In this document: piece by piece, positions 51,437-63,905 of the stretch
How the letters are laid out: each line of letters opens with the position of its first letter
Numbering within the stretch: position 1 is the stretch's first letter
Origin: Rhina ancylostomus
Taxonomy: Eukaryota
Direction: 5' to 3'
Assembly (NCBI GenBank): GCA_030265395.1
Contig: JARFYF010000061.1
Span: forward strand, 18,950,002-19,013,906
DNA length: 63,905 nucleotides
The notes under the pieces: model-generated
Seen by the model: only the letters and a program-made list of their open reading frames with translations
Databases searched by the model: none
What the model was told of the DNA's origin: nothing
Program-made: the position numbers and the translations under genes

Positions 51437-53189
51437 ATACAAACCTAAACCAGCCGATATGGTTCACACCCAAAAGATGGCTCCCATGAGAGTCCAGAAT
51501 ACTGTCAGCATTGTACTGATTGTCTGCTTAGATTAGCCCTGAAGCTGAAACTTAAAATTAAATTGTAACAAGAATCTTAATGACATGAGTATTGGATTAA
51601 TGTACTCCTTATTCTATTGAGAAAGCCCTTGAAGTTTTATGGCAGATATTCTGTACTCATATTTCAGTGCAAATCTATGTATGAGACAATTTAAAGTCAG
51701 TTCTTGTGCAAGTGAAAACATTGAAATAATGAATTGATTTCTCATTCTTCTCTATAAACAGTGTGTTAGAAATACTTAGGAAATGGTTAATAGAAGCTAT
51801 TCTTCTCTCAAAATTCTGCAATTTAGCTGTAGCTATTAAAATACTCTATATAATTTTAAGGAATTTGAGAATTTTTTCCAGGAGGTAATGTTTCAGATTA
51901 CTCCTTGGTAAAAAGAAATGATCAGAAATAAATGTTCAAGCTGGATAAAGGCTGATCTCTTAATGGCTCAGTGGGTGAATTCACTATTGCTCTTGGTAAT
52001 GTATGATACTGAACAGGAACATTTCACCTTTGACTTCTGGCTTTAAAGATTTTGGTAGTGTAAATGCTAGACTCGTGCCTGCACTTCTGCATAGGAGTTA
52101 GTGAAAATCAGCCTGAACATTCCTGATTCCCAGGTGAAAGGTCTTAAGTCAGGAGAGATAGACTTGGAAAGCATTAATGGAAAATATTTTTGGACTGAAA
52201 ATATTTCCATTCAAAACGTTTTAAGGCAATTAGCATGATGCTTTGCTAAATATAAAACAAATATTAATAGGACTTTTTTGTATATGACTTGCATTTGATT
52301 TCAGAACTAGGTTTTTATAGATCTGTTTTGAGTTGGGTTCATATTTTCCATACTGTTAAAAAAACTAGTATTAGTTTTACAGATGGAAATGGAGCCACAA
52401 TGTCTAGATAAAGAGTGTAGAGGCTGATGATCTTCCTTAAGTGCAGCAATTGCAATTTTATAACTAGCATCCCAGGGGTCTTATACAGTACTGCAAACCT
52501 TCTAAATTGCCATTTTGAGTTAGGAATGTCACAGGAAGTCAAAATTAAGTGGTTTGATACCCTTGCATCTATGCTATGCATCACTGAAGACAGAAATATC
52601 GTCTAAAGCATCTATAGTAAAAAAACACAAAGTCAATAAAAGAAGGATCTATGAAATATTGATCAGAGTCACACTGGCTTCTTAGTGTTAGGAATTAAAA
52701 ACAAGGTGAAATCTAGATTTAATAGTGCTACCCTCCAAGGATTATATGTGGTGCTATACAGCATATTATTGTGCAGTACAAACAGCACCTTTTGATGTCC
52801 TATAAATAAGGAATCACCAGCACTTGTCAACAACTTCTATTGATTATTGGAGCAATTAACGGTACTTAGTATGTTAAGCATACACATTATAATGTTCTGG
52901 TTAATTGTACATCATTATCTCACATATTGTATTTTACTATATTGCTGATTGGAATGTAATTTGTTTACATTATATTTGTCTTTGAATAATATCGTGAACA
53001 ACATGAATATGTTTTAGAGCAGCTAGAATAATAGGAGTTCAATATAGGGCCAGGGATCAGGAGTAAATACACATTTGATTGCAAGGGGTTATAAATGCTT
53101 TCTTCTCAACAATGGGTTGACTGATTAATAGAATTTATATTGTACTCTACATGCAATCACAATACACCACTGTGGTTAACATAAAGAGG

Positions 53190-53360
53190 AGAAACACAGT
53201 CTGAGTCAACACTGCAGTGCAGCACAACGGGAGTGCTATACTGTCAACTGCACACATTTGGTCAGATTAAATGTAAACCATTTGCCCTCCCAGTTGGTTG
53301 TTGAAGATTGCCTGTCACGATTTGAAAAGAACAAAGATATTTTCCTGGTATCCAGGTCTT
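53190..53360 (+). mobile_element. Deu-domain SINE, decayed
   Basis: acactgcagtgcagcacaacgggagtgctatactgtc...ttgaagattgcctgtcacgatttgaaaagaaca. Confidence 0.55.
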
Positions 53361-54021
53361 CTTAGTACAGTAACACATTGTTTTCATCTTCCTAATGTCA
53401 AAGTATGTTGGTCCAACAGACACTGATGGTGCTTAGTGCAAAAGAACAGAATCTAAAACATTTCGTCCCAGAGTTTACCCTGATATGGTTCCCGCAAGCT
53501 ATATGAAAATTTTAAGTGCCAAGAGTGGCTGTATGTTCCTCACACATCAAAGATAATGTTTTATCAGATTTGTCTTCCTGGTCATTTTGAGTGCAGAAAT
53601 GATTTTTACTTTCACAAACAAAATACGTTGAAAAATTTCTTGTATAATATTTTGTGTGGTTTTCATCTTTTGGGACAACCACTTCCATGCTCAAGACAAA
53701 TAAAAATCACATCTGCAGCTGGCATAATCAAATATTGGAATCATAACCATAAACTACTTTTGACTTCATGCCAGCCAGATGTGACTCGCTAATTATTGTG
53801 GTCAAGATCTGCATGGAGAATGCTTTGGTCCAGCCTGTCTTGATTTAGCAAAAGCATTTGGCAAAACTGCATCAAGTCAGGGTATTAATGAGGGTCGGAT
53901 GGTAGAGTATCCTGGATATGGCGTCATTTTCCTCTTCCTGCAATCAAAAAGTGGATGTTTTGGGTTTAGTTGGTAAATTATCAGGGCAAGTATTGGAATT
54001 CAACATTAGTTGCATATAGAT

Positions 54022-54628
54022 TCAAGGCTAAAGAAATTTGGAATGTACCCTTTGACACTTACCAACTTTTATAGATGCACCATAAAAAACATCCTATCTG
54101 GATGCATCACGGTATGGTATGGCAACTGCTATGCTCGTGACTGCGAGAAACTGCAGAGAGCTGTGGACACAGCTCAGCGCATCACGGAAACCAGCCTCCT
54201 CATCGTAGACTCTGTCTATACTTCTCACTGCCTCGGTAAATTAGCCTGCATTATCAAAGACACCACCACCCTAGATATTCTCTCTTCTTCCCTCTCCCAT
54301 AGGGTAGAAGATACAAAAGCCTGAAAGCATGTACTACCAGGCTCAAGGACAGCTTCTATCCTGCTGTTACAAGACTAGTGAACAGTTCCCTAGTACAATA
54401 AAATGAACTCTTGACCTCGCAGTCTACCTCATTCTGACCTTGCATCTTATTGTCTACCTGCATAGCACTTCCTCTGTGGCTGTGTCACTTTACTCTGCAG
54501 TCTGTATTGTTTTACCTGGTACTACCTCAATGCATTGCGTAATGAATTGATCTATATGAACAGTATGCAAGACAAGTTTTTCACTGTACCTCAGTACAAG
54601 TGACAATAATAAACCAATTCCAGTTCCA
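54022..54628 (+). mobile_element. 5'-truncated Rex1/Babar-clade LINE (RT C-terminal DUF1891-type region plus 3' UTR)
   Basis: ORF 54010 RLKKFGM...LTNFYRCTIKNILSGCITVWYGNC...KLQRAVDTAQRIT; aggctcaaggacagcttctatcct (RLKDSFYP); tail gacaataataaaccaattccagttcca. Confidence 0.9.
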
Positions 54629-56129
54629 ACTTCAAAATTATACCAATAGCTTCAATTGAAAGGGAAAATAAATGCCATATGACGTCTGCTCTCTCCTGTC
54701 TTTTCCTGGTCAAAAGTTCACATTTCAACATAGTTACAATATTGAAAACATTGGTTTAACTCTATCTAATTAAATATATAACACATCTGCCATCCAGTAG
54801 TGTTCAGGATAAGGTTTAAGGGGCTGACTGGCCAACTCATTCCTGAATTCCATTTTCCCTTTGCTCCCTTTCCTTTGTCACAGAAGCAAACTTGTTTTCT
54901 ATACTCTGCTTTTAGTAAAGTCATTCTTAAAGGTGACTTTATTTTGTTCTATTTTAACCTTCAGCAATCTGAGAATTATACTCTGCACTTGTATGATGAA
55001 TATCTGTGGGTTAGATTTCAGAATTGACACTCAGACTATCAACACTTGAAGTCATTGTTGCTATGGGGGGGTTTGATCAACTCATTAAATGAATTCATCT
55101 CCATTTGCTATTTTAATGACATAGTCTTAGTCTGATGGTGTGCAAAGAAAAGCTATAGGGGAGTTTCTTTTATCTGAGCTCTGGCACAGTGCATGTTGGA
55201 AAACTGGATGCATTACAGACAGCAACCCAATTTTCCCCTATTTATATTAATTATGGAATATCAAATGGATTCCTTTACATGTCTCAGCTATCTGATTTTT
55301 TTCAGTAGGGGGAATATCTATTGGGTCAAGTTGCAAAAACCAGGAAAATCTCTCTTTATTTTTGTGCTTCAACAAATCTCCTGCATTTCTAGCACTTACT
55401 CTGTTTTTTTGATTTCAGAGTGTATTTGGTTCTTAACATTGGCTGCTGTTGAATGACATGCCTTCTGCTTGTCTGAGGATAGATGCTACAGAAGAATCCA
55501 ACTTTAGATATCTGCATGGGGGAACTCTTCATGCCCTTTAAGTTTATGGGTCATGTATGACTCAGTATTAATCTATAAGTCACTATGTAGAAACCTGTGA
55601 TGAAATGTTCCAAAGCATCTTCTTACATACCTCAGACTAAACAAAAGTTGTAAACTGTCTTTAATTTGCATGCAACTTTCATGTAAAATAGTCACAATGA
55701 ACTGCAATAACTGGTCATTGTAACGCTACCTCACAATCAGTTATAATGCCAATTCTGGAATCTAACCCACACATTTTCATCACATGGGTAGAGTGTTATT
55801 CTCAAATTGCTAAAAGTTAAAGTAAATCAAAATAAAGTTTGCATTTCAATCACTCCAGCCACAGAATGATGTCCACAACAAGTGGGGACACAAAGGAATA
55901 AATGCACAGGAGAAGATTTATTCATAGGCAGTTTGCAGTGAGTTAATTTTGCTCATAACACACATGCAGAAAAGCCTAAATTGGTTCACTTCAAGTCACA
56001 TATTTAGCCCATTGCTCATAATGTTTATTTTGTTATCATCATAGTGTCACAATGACTCTCCTGTGGAACAGGAACTGAATTACCAGATCAAATGTATGCA
56101 CAGTATGCACCATGCCCTCTCTGACTGGC

Positions 56130-56290
56130 TTTAATGATAAACCAGTTAATTGGTATTTAAATTGGTGTTGATTAAAGTTTACGATTCATTATAAATTTGA
56201 TTGATCAGTATCACCGTAAACTTTGCAGCATTTTACCAGCTGAATATTTTAAATGCTAATTAGACTATGCACACAGCACTTTCACTGGCA
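56130..56290. promoter_or_regulatory. Putative enhancer element (Pbx-Hox and posterior-Hox motifs)
   Basis: TTTACGA 56178-56184, TGATTGAT 56198-56205 and several TAATT cores in non-repetitive DNA. Confidence 0.4.
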
Positions 56291-58159
56291 TACAAAGGTA
56301 GGGTTCCACTTAGTACTTACTATCATTTTCCACTTTTATTTAAGTTCTAATAATGTTCAATAATTTTCTACTTACATCCCTTTACCCAACGTCCATGTGC
56401 ATAACCACTTTTGCCTGTTTTTTTTGTTAATCCACAATTTCATCCTCATCACTTCACTATAATTCTCGTGTTGCCCAGGTTCCTCCAGCTTAAACCATTT
56501 AAATGGTTCAGTCAGACAAGCAGAAGCTCACACTGCAGCTGGCTGGAGAAGGATTTTATTTTGATTTAATTGCAATACTCAATATATAAGCAAATCTAAA
56601 TCTCATTTTAGTGAACCCCACTACTTACACATATATCACATCCTTTCTGACTTGTAAATCAATTGCAAAGGCAACCAGAATCTGTTGTAAAGGTTCAGGG
56701 CACGGACAATTGCCAGCCAAAAATAGATAATTGTGAATTATTCATTTCCACCATCATACTGAACTATCCCTGTTGCTTTTTTGGACATGAGAGGAGTTAT
56801 TATTTATCTGTAGTTAGTAGTGTGATGAAAACCACCATTAACTCATTGACTATGAAAGAAGATGTGGTCAGAGAACTTCTCTGTAGGTTTGCGGTTGTCC
56901 TGTACAAGATGTCCTCCACCCCTTACAGTAAATGCCTTCTTTATTGATCATTCCCATAACTGCTCCCAGAAATGAATGCTGTTTAACTGACAACTAATAT
57001 TAGAACACTTAAATAGCATGATCTTATTCTAAGCAAAATGCACCGGCTATGAATCATTCCTAGCATTATAAATATTTCTATCACATCTGTGATAATTTCT
57101 AGGGCTAATTGGCAAGCCATTGATATTAAGGTATAAAACTACATCCCAGAGAGTACATGGGAGCAAGATGACTTGCATTCTCAGAGGCAAAATTATGTGC
57201 AAGTATAAAAGAACAGAAATTGTGTCATCACACTGAGGTGCACAAATCATCAGGTTTTTTTTGTTGCAAGTATATAATTTGGTTTTATTTACCCCTTCTA
57301 TCTAGATGAGATTTGTGATTAAAAGCAACCTGATGAATCATTTTGATTGAATCATGAACAGAAATGATATCCATTTAATGTTCCATCTGCTGTGAAGGAA
57401 AGACACTTCAAAACACTGAAATAATACCAAACCAACAACAATTAAAACTAAAATCTTGCAGAAACAAATCTGAAATTACTTTCTTATTCAGTCCAATGAT
57501 TTGAACCAGATACATAAATTAATAGTTACTATTCTAATGAAAGCTCAGTTTGAGTATCTAGAGATTACTCCACAGGCAAATCTCAAATACATCTCTTTAC
57601 AATGATCCTACTAAAGTCTATTATTTTTTTCAGACTGAGGGAGAATCATAAACTTGAGCCTCAGCCAAGTTTGGCTCAAAACTAATATTTTTTCTTCTCT
57701 TAAGCAAAAGTCCCTGGAATGTAATAAGCAGGTTGCTCTGAAAATAATATATTTTATTTTGCCAGAGATTGTGCTCATCAAGGTGAGTGATAAGAGGGAA
57801 TAGAGCACTTTTTAAAATGTTAAACGATGGAGGGAGAGTTTTATGAATTACATCCCCAGAAACATAAAACCTCTGTAATTTTCTTCCAGTTTGTTTCATT
57901 AGATCAAAAGTTATAGAGAGCACATCTGTGATCTCCCAATTTATTCTTTTGGTGAGCAAGATCGACGTGCAAATGTACATTAATTAAAGTAGTTCTTAAG
58001 TGTCAACATCAAGTACTTGCAAAAGAAGTACAATTGGAATCAAGTGCAGAGTAAAAAGGATATTCTTTGATCATCTTGGGTTTGATGCAGAATAAAGCTC
58101 AGTCCAAAGCACATGCATCAGCTCTAAGAGTGCATGTCTCTTACACTGGCCTGACATTT

Positions 58160-58370
58160 TATATTTCTCATCTCAGGCCTTCTGAGATTGCCAATTAATG
58201 TTGAAATAAGAGCACTTCTGTGTTGGAGGTTCATGTTCATCAGTAGCTGGGCAAGACTTCACCACTCGAGAGATGGAAAAGTCATAGGCTTCCATTAGTC
58301 TGAGCTGAATTAGACTCGGACTATCAAAAGTGAAAGTAGAGAGTTTTCAATGACAATCACTCTGTTCCTC
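58160..58370 (-). mobile_element. Ancient SINE remnant, LF-SINE-like
   Basis: Collinear blocks ctgagattgccaa / agctgggcaagacttcaccactc / gctgaattagactc...aagtgaaag resemble the reverse complement of LF-SINE as recalled; highly diverged. Confidence 0.35.
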
Positions 58371-58607
58371 CATGCAATTTTTTATATATAAGAGAAAAAA
58401 TACAAGATAAAATTGCTGTTTTAGGATCTATTCCATGGCTTCCCATCTTTCAGTATTTTTAAAGGANNNNNNNNNNNNNNNNNNNNNNNNNNNNNNNNNN
58501 NNNNNNNNNNNNNNNNNNNNNNNNNNNNNNNNNNNNNNNNNNNNNNNNNNNNNNNNNNNNNNNNNNTTTTTAAAGGAAAAATATTGACTATTTATGAGAA
58601 TTTTTTT

Positions 58608-58782
58608 TTAAACTGCAGATGTTGGAAATCTGAAACAAAACCAGGGAACGCTGGAAACACTCAGCAGATCAATCTATGCAGGTCTGACAAAGAGTCTTTG
58701 ACTTGAATTGTTAATTCTATTTCTCCTTGCATAGACGCTGCCTGACCTGCTGAGAGTTTCCAGAATTTTCTGGATTTTTACC
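58608..58782. mobile_element. Fold-back Penelope-like element
   Basis: ctggaaacactcagcagatc versus gacctgctgagagtttccag are inverted arms; decayed core ctgacaa...gaattgttaatt lies between them. Confidence 0.72.
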
Positions 58783-59194
58783 AGTATCTTTCTTCACTGA
58801 TGATGGCATTAAAGATGATGTTAAAGGCTGTTTTTGTTTGAGGTGAAATGATTCTTCCCAAACTGAATTACGAACCCTTTTCTAGGCTGATTTTCTGTTC
58901 ACCTTCATTAACTGGGTTCTCCTGTAGTGACATCCATCTCATTGTCTTATATAGTTTTGATGCTTAGATTACTAAACAATAAAAATAATTTTGACATTTT
59001 TATTCAGCATAAAATTAAATCAATGTGTTCCATAGTACACTCATCTCAGAGAACTCCTGAATTTTCACCAGTACCATGCAATAGAAAATTCCATAGGTTG
59101 AGATCACCTTGGAAGATAATTTGAGGAGATGTAGTAAAGTAGTGGGGTCATGATCACAATATTTTAATTGTTTTGAACCAACATCATAATTATG

Positions 59195-59520
59195 CAAGAA
59201 AGAAAAACTGGCATTTACACAGAGTCTTCCACATCCTCAGGATATCCAAGAGTACTTTATAGCATGGATGTCTCCTGAGTGGAATCACTATTGTAAGTTT
59301 GGAAAGATGGCAGTTAATTATTGTCAGGTCTAGATTCTAAAAATGATTTGANNNNNNNNNNGATATAGTAATCTGTTGTGAACACACAAGATGGTAGACA
59401 GGGCTTCTAAAAGATGTTACTTCAAGCAGAGCTGTATCTCTTAGTGCTCTGGTGGAATGCCAATCTGACCTTTGTGCTCATGTCTCCTTTGCTTTCAAAT
59501 CTACCCTGATAAAGCTGAGC
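59195..59520 (-). mobile_element. Deu-domain SINE, decayed, spans a small gap
   Basis: aagaaagaaaaactggcatttacacagag...cctcaggatatccaagagtacttta is the reverse complement of a DeuSINE-type tail. Confidence 0.5.
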
Positions 59521-61399
59521 CCAAAACCTGAACCAGCAACTTGTTCTTCTCATTAAGCTGTTAACTCAGCTCTGCCAACAGTCCAGACTCTCCTTGGGCT
59601 GTGCAGGATCTCCTGGGATGGAGCCACCAAGTGTAACAAAATGTATCATGAACTGTGGAGTCAACACCTTGCAGGAACAGAAGCTGGGCCATCCCACGAG
59701 CGAACACAGAAGGTGTGCGTCAATCCTCAGGAGTCACAACAAACAGAATGCCAAAGGTATTGAACAAATTAGACCTCCCACCTTCAACAGGGAACAAAAG
59801 ATGTAAAACCACTAAATAATGCATGCTTACTGTTACTCTCAGGGCCAGGGAGAAGAGGTTAGGAAGGGAAAATGTCCAGGGAATGAGGAAACAGGAGCAG
59901 GTTGCAAAAGGTATTTACTCTACTCCATCAAAAGCTTGCAAAACCTTCAGCCATTCATCAACAGATGACTGTTGTTTACTTTGCCAGTTTTTATATTGTT
60001 TGCTGTCCGGTGTATCCAGGTGGAATCTGGCTCAAATTGCCCCTGGGAATTTCTGAGGACAATATTGCACATGGATCAGATTTTACAGTATTATGCCTCT
60101 GATGAAAGTAGCCACTGAAGAAATTCTACTTCAAGCAAAACAAGAATCTTGGCATGGTCTAAGAATTTGAGTTAAAGAAAAAATTACAATAAAAGTATTC
60201 CCTATTGACAAAGAAAACAAACAAATGAGTGGGAAGTAAACATGTGCACCAATGAGGAAATTGACTGGTACTGTTAAATGTTATAGCATACATTGCTGTC
60301 TGATCTGAATGTGAATTTTTAACGTTAACTCACTATTTTTCCAGTAAATCAATTCCCTTTGTTTCAGGTGGACACGCAATAGGTCAGAGGAGAAGGTTGT
60401 TAAAAAGAGTCAGGGAATAAATCCAATAAGGTGACTGGTTCCCTTGTACTGCCCCAGAACAGACTGATGTCTGTATGGTGTATGGCCATTTTTCAACACG
60501 GAGCCTACCGCATTATTGAGGTTAATGGGGAGCTAAGGCTGCTGACCTGATTGAGAGACCATTACCTTGCCAAGAAAACCAGTTGAGGCAGTTGAAAATT
60601 GACTCATTGTGCAGGGAATAACCTAGTGATGTCAGATCTAAGTTTGTCTTTCACAAGTTAAAATTTCTACTTCCTGTATTGCACTGAGTAGTAATTTAAC
60701 TGTAACTTTTCATCTAATGTACCTCAATAAGCTCAATTTTTGGTCATTTCCTTCCACTAAAGAGCCCAAGTTTCTCCAATCTTTCCTCAGAACTGAGATT
60801 TTCACTATCTGTCAGTCATAAAGTATTCAATAATTTCTCTGGGGCCTGACGGTTTCTCTTGATGCTCAGAATCAAATACAGCTGGTGTATGGGTAAGCTT
60901 ATGTTATATCATTGGGCTATATAGTTTAACATGTCATTTGCCCAGTTCATGGTCGTCCAGTGGAGATTAGACATAATAAACAATTACCACCAAAATCCAC
61001 TTCAGTTTGGCCATTAACCATTTCTATACCAGTCATGTCATTAGTTGTTTACTTCTAATGCTCACGACATTATACTTGCCCAAATTACATTACAACTGGC
61101 ACTGATCCAGGTTTTGCTGTCAGCAGCAGAGAGGTAACACTCACTATTCATTAAACTTGCAATTGCACATGGACTTTCTGTGAGCTTTTGAGCTGCAATC
61201 CATGGTTCCATAGTTAATAGGGGGCCTATTAGTGTGGCATTTACTGCAGGGCATCTGGGGCTTGTGAGATCCAACCAATGATTTTCCACAAACAAATAAA
61301 ATGGTACTTGTGAGTCATGCTACAAGCAATTATATTTTTAAAGAACTTTGAATGTAATCTATACTTTGCAAAACATTGCACTGGACCATTATTAGACAA

Positions 61400-61505
61400 A
61401 AAAAAACATAAAATACTGGAAGCACTCAGCAAGTCAGGCAGCATCTGTAGAAAGAAAGACAAGATAATACTTCAGGTCCAAGATTCTTTATCAGAACTGG
61501 AAAAG
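61400..61505 (-). mobile_element. Penelope-like terminal repeat, decayed hammerhead core
   Basis: ctggaagcactcagcaagtcaggcagcatctgtag...ttatcagaactgg; reverse complement ccagtt-CTGATAA...acct-GAAG. Confidence 0.72.
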
Positions 61506-62783
61506 AAAGGTTTTTAGGAAAGGTGGCCATTAGTTCAGTCGGAGTGTTAGGCCTGAAGCTGGAAGTTAAAGGAGAAGACAGATGGAATCCTTGTTCAATC
61601 AAAACAGCGATGAGAAGGTCATGAACAAATCTTTTGATAACACTTTTTAAAAGATTGTTTGATAGAGCTCTCTTCAAAATGTTTACATAACACTTTAATA
61701 GCATCTGCTAAGCAACCTGAAAATGGTGTGATTAATGAGTCATCGAATGGCACTCTTAATAATACTAAACATAGACAGGATACTTTGCAAAGAGCCATTG
61801 GTAGGTCAGCACTTTAAATTTTGTTTCAAACTGTGATGTTAATTGGCATAATAATCAGCTAGTATCTTTAAAGCAGATACATGATAAGAAATGAGTCTGT
61901 TCATGTACAGGTTAAAGATGAGATTACCAAAATGTATTGTAATTGCAGAAATTATATTCCAATTATATTGGTGTGTTGTTGTCTCCTGGATGACTATCTT
62001 TAGATAGATTAACTTTGTCTCAGATGTATTGCAGATTTTAGTTGGGTGTACACATAATTGTCACAGATAATTAATATAAATTTAAGAGCCTATTCATTAA
62101 CATCAGCCTCTTCAGAGCAAGATTACCTTTTCACAAAAAATAGTTATTTACCATCCTTCCCACCACTCATACATTATATAAAAACATTTTGCCTTTATAA
62201 AGCATCCACCATATACAAAGAATCTCAAGGCATTTTTCATTCCGTGAAATCCGAGGCCAGGAAAAATATTGTGAAAAGTTGTTTTGATTTTCAAGGAAAG
62301 TTAAAGGCATAAAAAGACAGAAAGCTTTGAGAGGAAAATGCAGAGGACAGAGCTCAGGCAACTTAGCCCAGAAACTGGGTGAGTAGACAAACGACCAGGT
62401 AGGTCATGGGCCTGATCAACATCAGCTGCCAGGGAGGATCTGTGAGCAAGCCAGAGGAAAATCCCCCATCCCACCCTGTCACATATGAGGAATGAGCTTA
62501 CTGCTTTTTTCATGGCAGTACAACTCAGATAGTGTGGAGATCATGGGCACAAAGGCACACTGTATCTTTCAATAGCTGTAAGTGGTTTAGCTCCAACATG
62601 GTCCTGGCTGCAATCTGTGTGAAATTAGTTTTGATCACTTGCCATAGACTGCAAGGTCTCTGAATCCTAGCTCTTCTTTCAAGAGTGCCAGCAAGTGGAC
62701 TGGCATTCACCCTTGAGCACTCACCTTTGAACCAATGCCCAAAGTTCAGGATGATTCATCTAAATGACAGAGCTACATTACTC

Positions 62784-62906
62784 GTCTGCAAAGAAACCAA
62801 CTGCTGAAGGAACTCAGTGAGCCAAACAGCCACTGAGTTGACCCATTGAGTTCCTCCAGCAGTTTGTTTCTTTGCTCCAGATTCCTGTATCTGCAGTCCC
62901 TTGAGT
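62784..62906. mobile_element. 123-bp fold-back Penelope-like insertion with perfect 11-bp TSD
   Basis: ctacattactc at 62773-62783 and 62907-62917; arms gcaaagaaaccaactgctgaaggaactca and tgagttcctccagcagtttgtttctttgc. Confidence 0.85.
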
Positions 62907-62969
62907 CTACATTACTCTTTACATGCTTTNNNNNNNNNNATTGATTAAGGCATTGGGGAGGCCCACCAT

Positions 62970-63175
62970 GCTTTTAAGTGCCATATCATCTTTTACATGC
63001 AACTGAAAGGGCAAATGAAGCTTTGGTTAATCCCTTCATCTGAAAAGTAGTTCCTCAGACACTGCAGCATGCCTGATGCATTGCAGAGAAATGCCAGCCA
63101 AGATTTTTGTACTCAAGTCTCTGGGGGTGGGCTCACAGCCTCATAACCTATTGGCTGAGTGCAGACTCTGCTGTT
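62970..63175 (-). mobile_element. Deu-domain SINE, decayed
   Basis: gtgccatatcatcttttacatgcaactgaaagggca...tcatctgaaaag...gacactgcagca...tgtactcaagtctctggg. Confidence 0.6.
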
Positions 63176-63279
63176 ACCTGTGCACTTATGGTTAGGGTCA
63201 GTCAGCAGCTCCAACACCATGTGAGCATCAGGCACAAGAAACCTGTGGCATTTCAGAACAGCAAATGTTTTATGTACCA

Positions 63280-63545
63280 CATAGAAGGAGGCCATTGGCC
63301 CATCAATTCCTTGCTGGTTGTCAGAACAATCCCTTTAATCCCCTCTCGCCCTTACTTCCCTGTTAACTATTACATACCCATCAATTTCCCCTGATAGTCC
63401 TGCCACCCACCCACACTAGGGGCAATTTACTGTAACCAATTAACCTGCCACCATGTGTTTGGGATGTGGGAAGAAATGAGAGCTCCCGGGGAAACCCATG
63501 CCTATCAGAAGGTTGCAGTTCAGACTGGACCCTGTCTGGCAGGTA
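63280..63545 (-). mobile_element. V-SINE (HE1-like), decayed
   Basis: acactaggggcaatttactgtaaccaattaacct...gggatgtgggaagaaatgagagctcccggggaaacccatgc. Confidence 0.8.
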
Positions 63546-63905
63546 TTTCAGAAACTGACTGATGCTCCCTTGAAGGTTTTACAGTCTCCACTGGTCATGC
63601 ATACACATTTGTCACTAGCTGCAGATAAGTCAAAACTGTCAGGCTTACTGAAGGAATGCATCTCTCCTTCAGGATGCCTCCACAAAGTGCGTCCAAAGAG
63701 GGGAGAAGGGCCACATATGTCTTTCTGTGGTGTTTTTGCTGCAATCTTGCTGGAGTACTCCTCCCAAAGCCAATTCCTGAGGTTTATCACTGTGTTTCAC
63801 CCCTGCTTTGGATTGCAAAATGTAAGTTTGATCTGGTAAATAGTTAAAATGTTTGAAAGTACAAGAGATAGAAACGATGAGGGAGGAGGCCTGTATAACA
63901 CCTTC

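Noticed and set aside
57106-57165. ZNF143-like actacatcccag motif
   Set aside because: Spacing differs from ACTACAnnTCCCA and there is no promoter context.
63498-63847. Overlapping ORFs of 63-113 aa near the window end
   Set aside because: No recognisable domain, partly inside a SINE, and no convincing splice context; cannot support a CDS.
1-63905. CRISPR arrays, operons or prokaryotic defence systems
   Set aside because: No regularly spaced direct repeats or gene-dense regions; the sequence is vertebrate repeat-rich non-coding DNA.

Overview
AT-rich vertebrate genomic DNA from a gapped draft assembly. The repeat families (CR1 LINEs, HE1/V-type SINEs, Deu-domain SINEs, Rex/Babar LINE, Penelope-type terminal repeats) point to a cartilaginous fish, probably a ray or skate (inference). 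I find no intact host protein-coding gene, rRNA, tRNA or CRISPR array. Every ORF I can recognise is a decayed transposon fragment: CR1 endonuclease/RT, an older CR1/L2-group RT, Rex/Babar RT, PIF/Harbinger transposase and Gypsy integrase. Highlights: (1) about 10 copies of a short, non-coding, often inverted-repeat-bounded element carrying a decayed minimal type-I hammerhead ribozyme core (CUGAUGA...GAAAC-NUH) with co-varying stem I, two copies with target-site duplications; (2) a three-level nested insertion at 18.6-21.3 kb; (3) a roughly 10 kb TE-depleted island (21.4-31.7 kb) rich in homeodomain/Pbx-Hox/Meis motifs, resembling a cluster of conserved non-coding enhancers. Family assignments come from recalled motifs, not database searches, and boundaries of old repeats are approximate.
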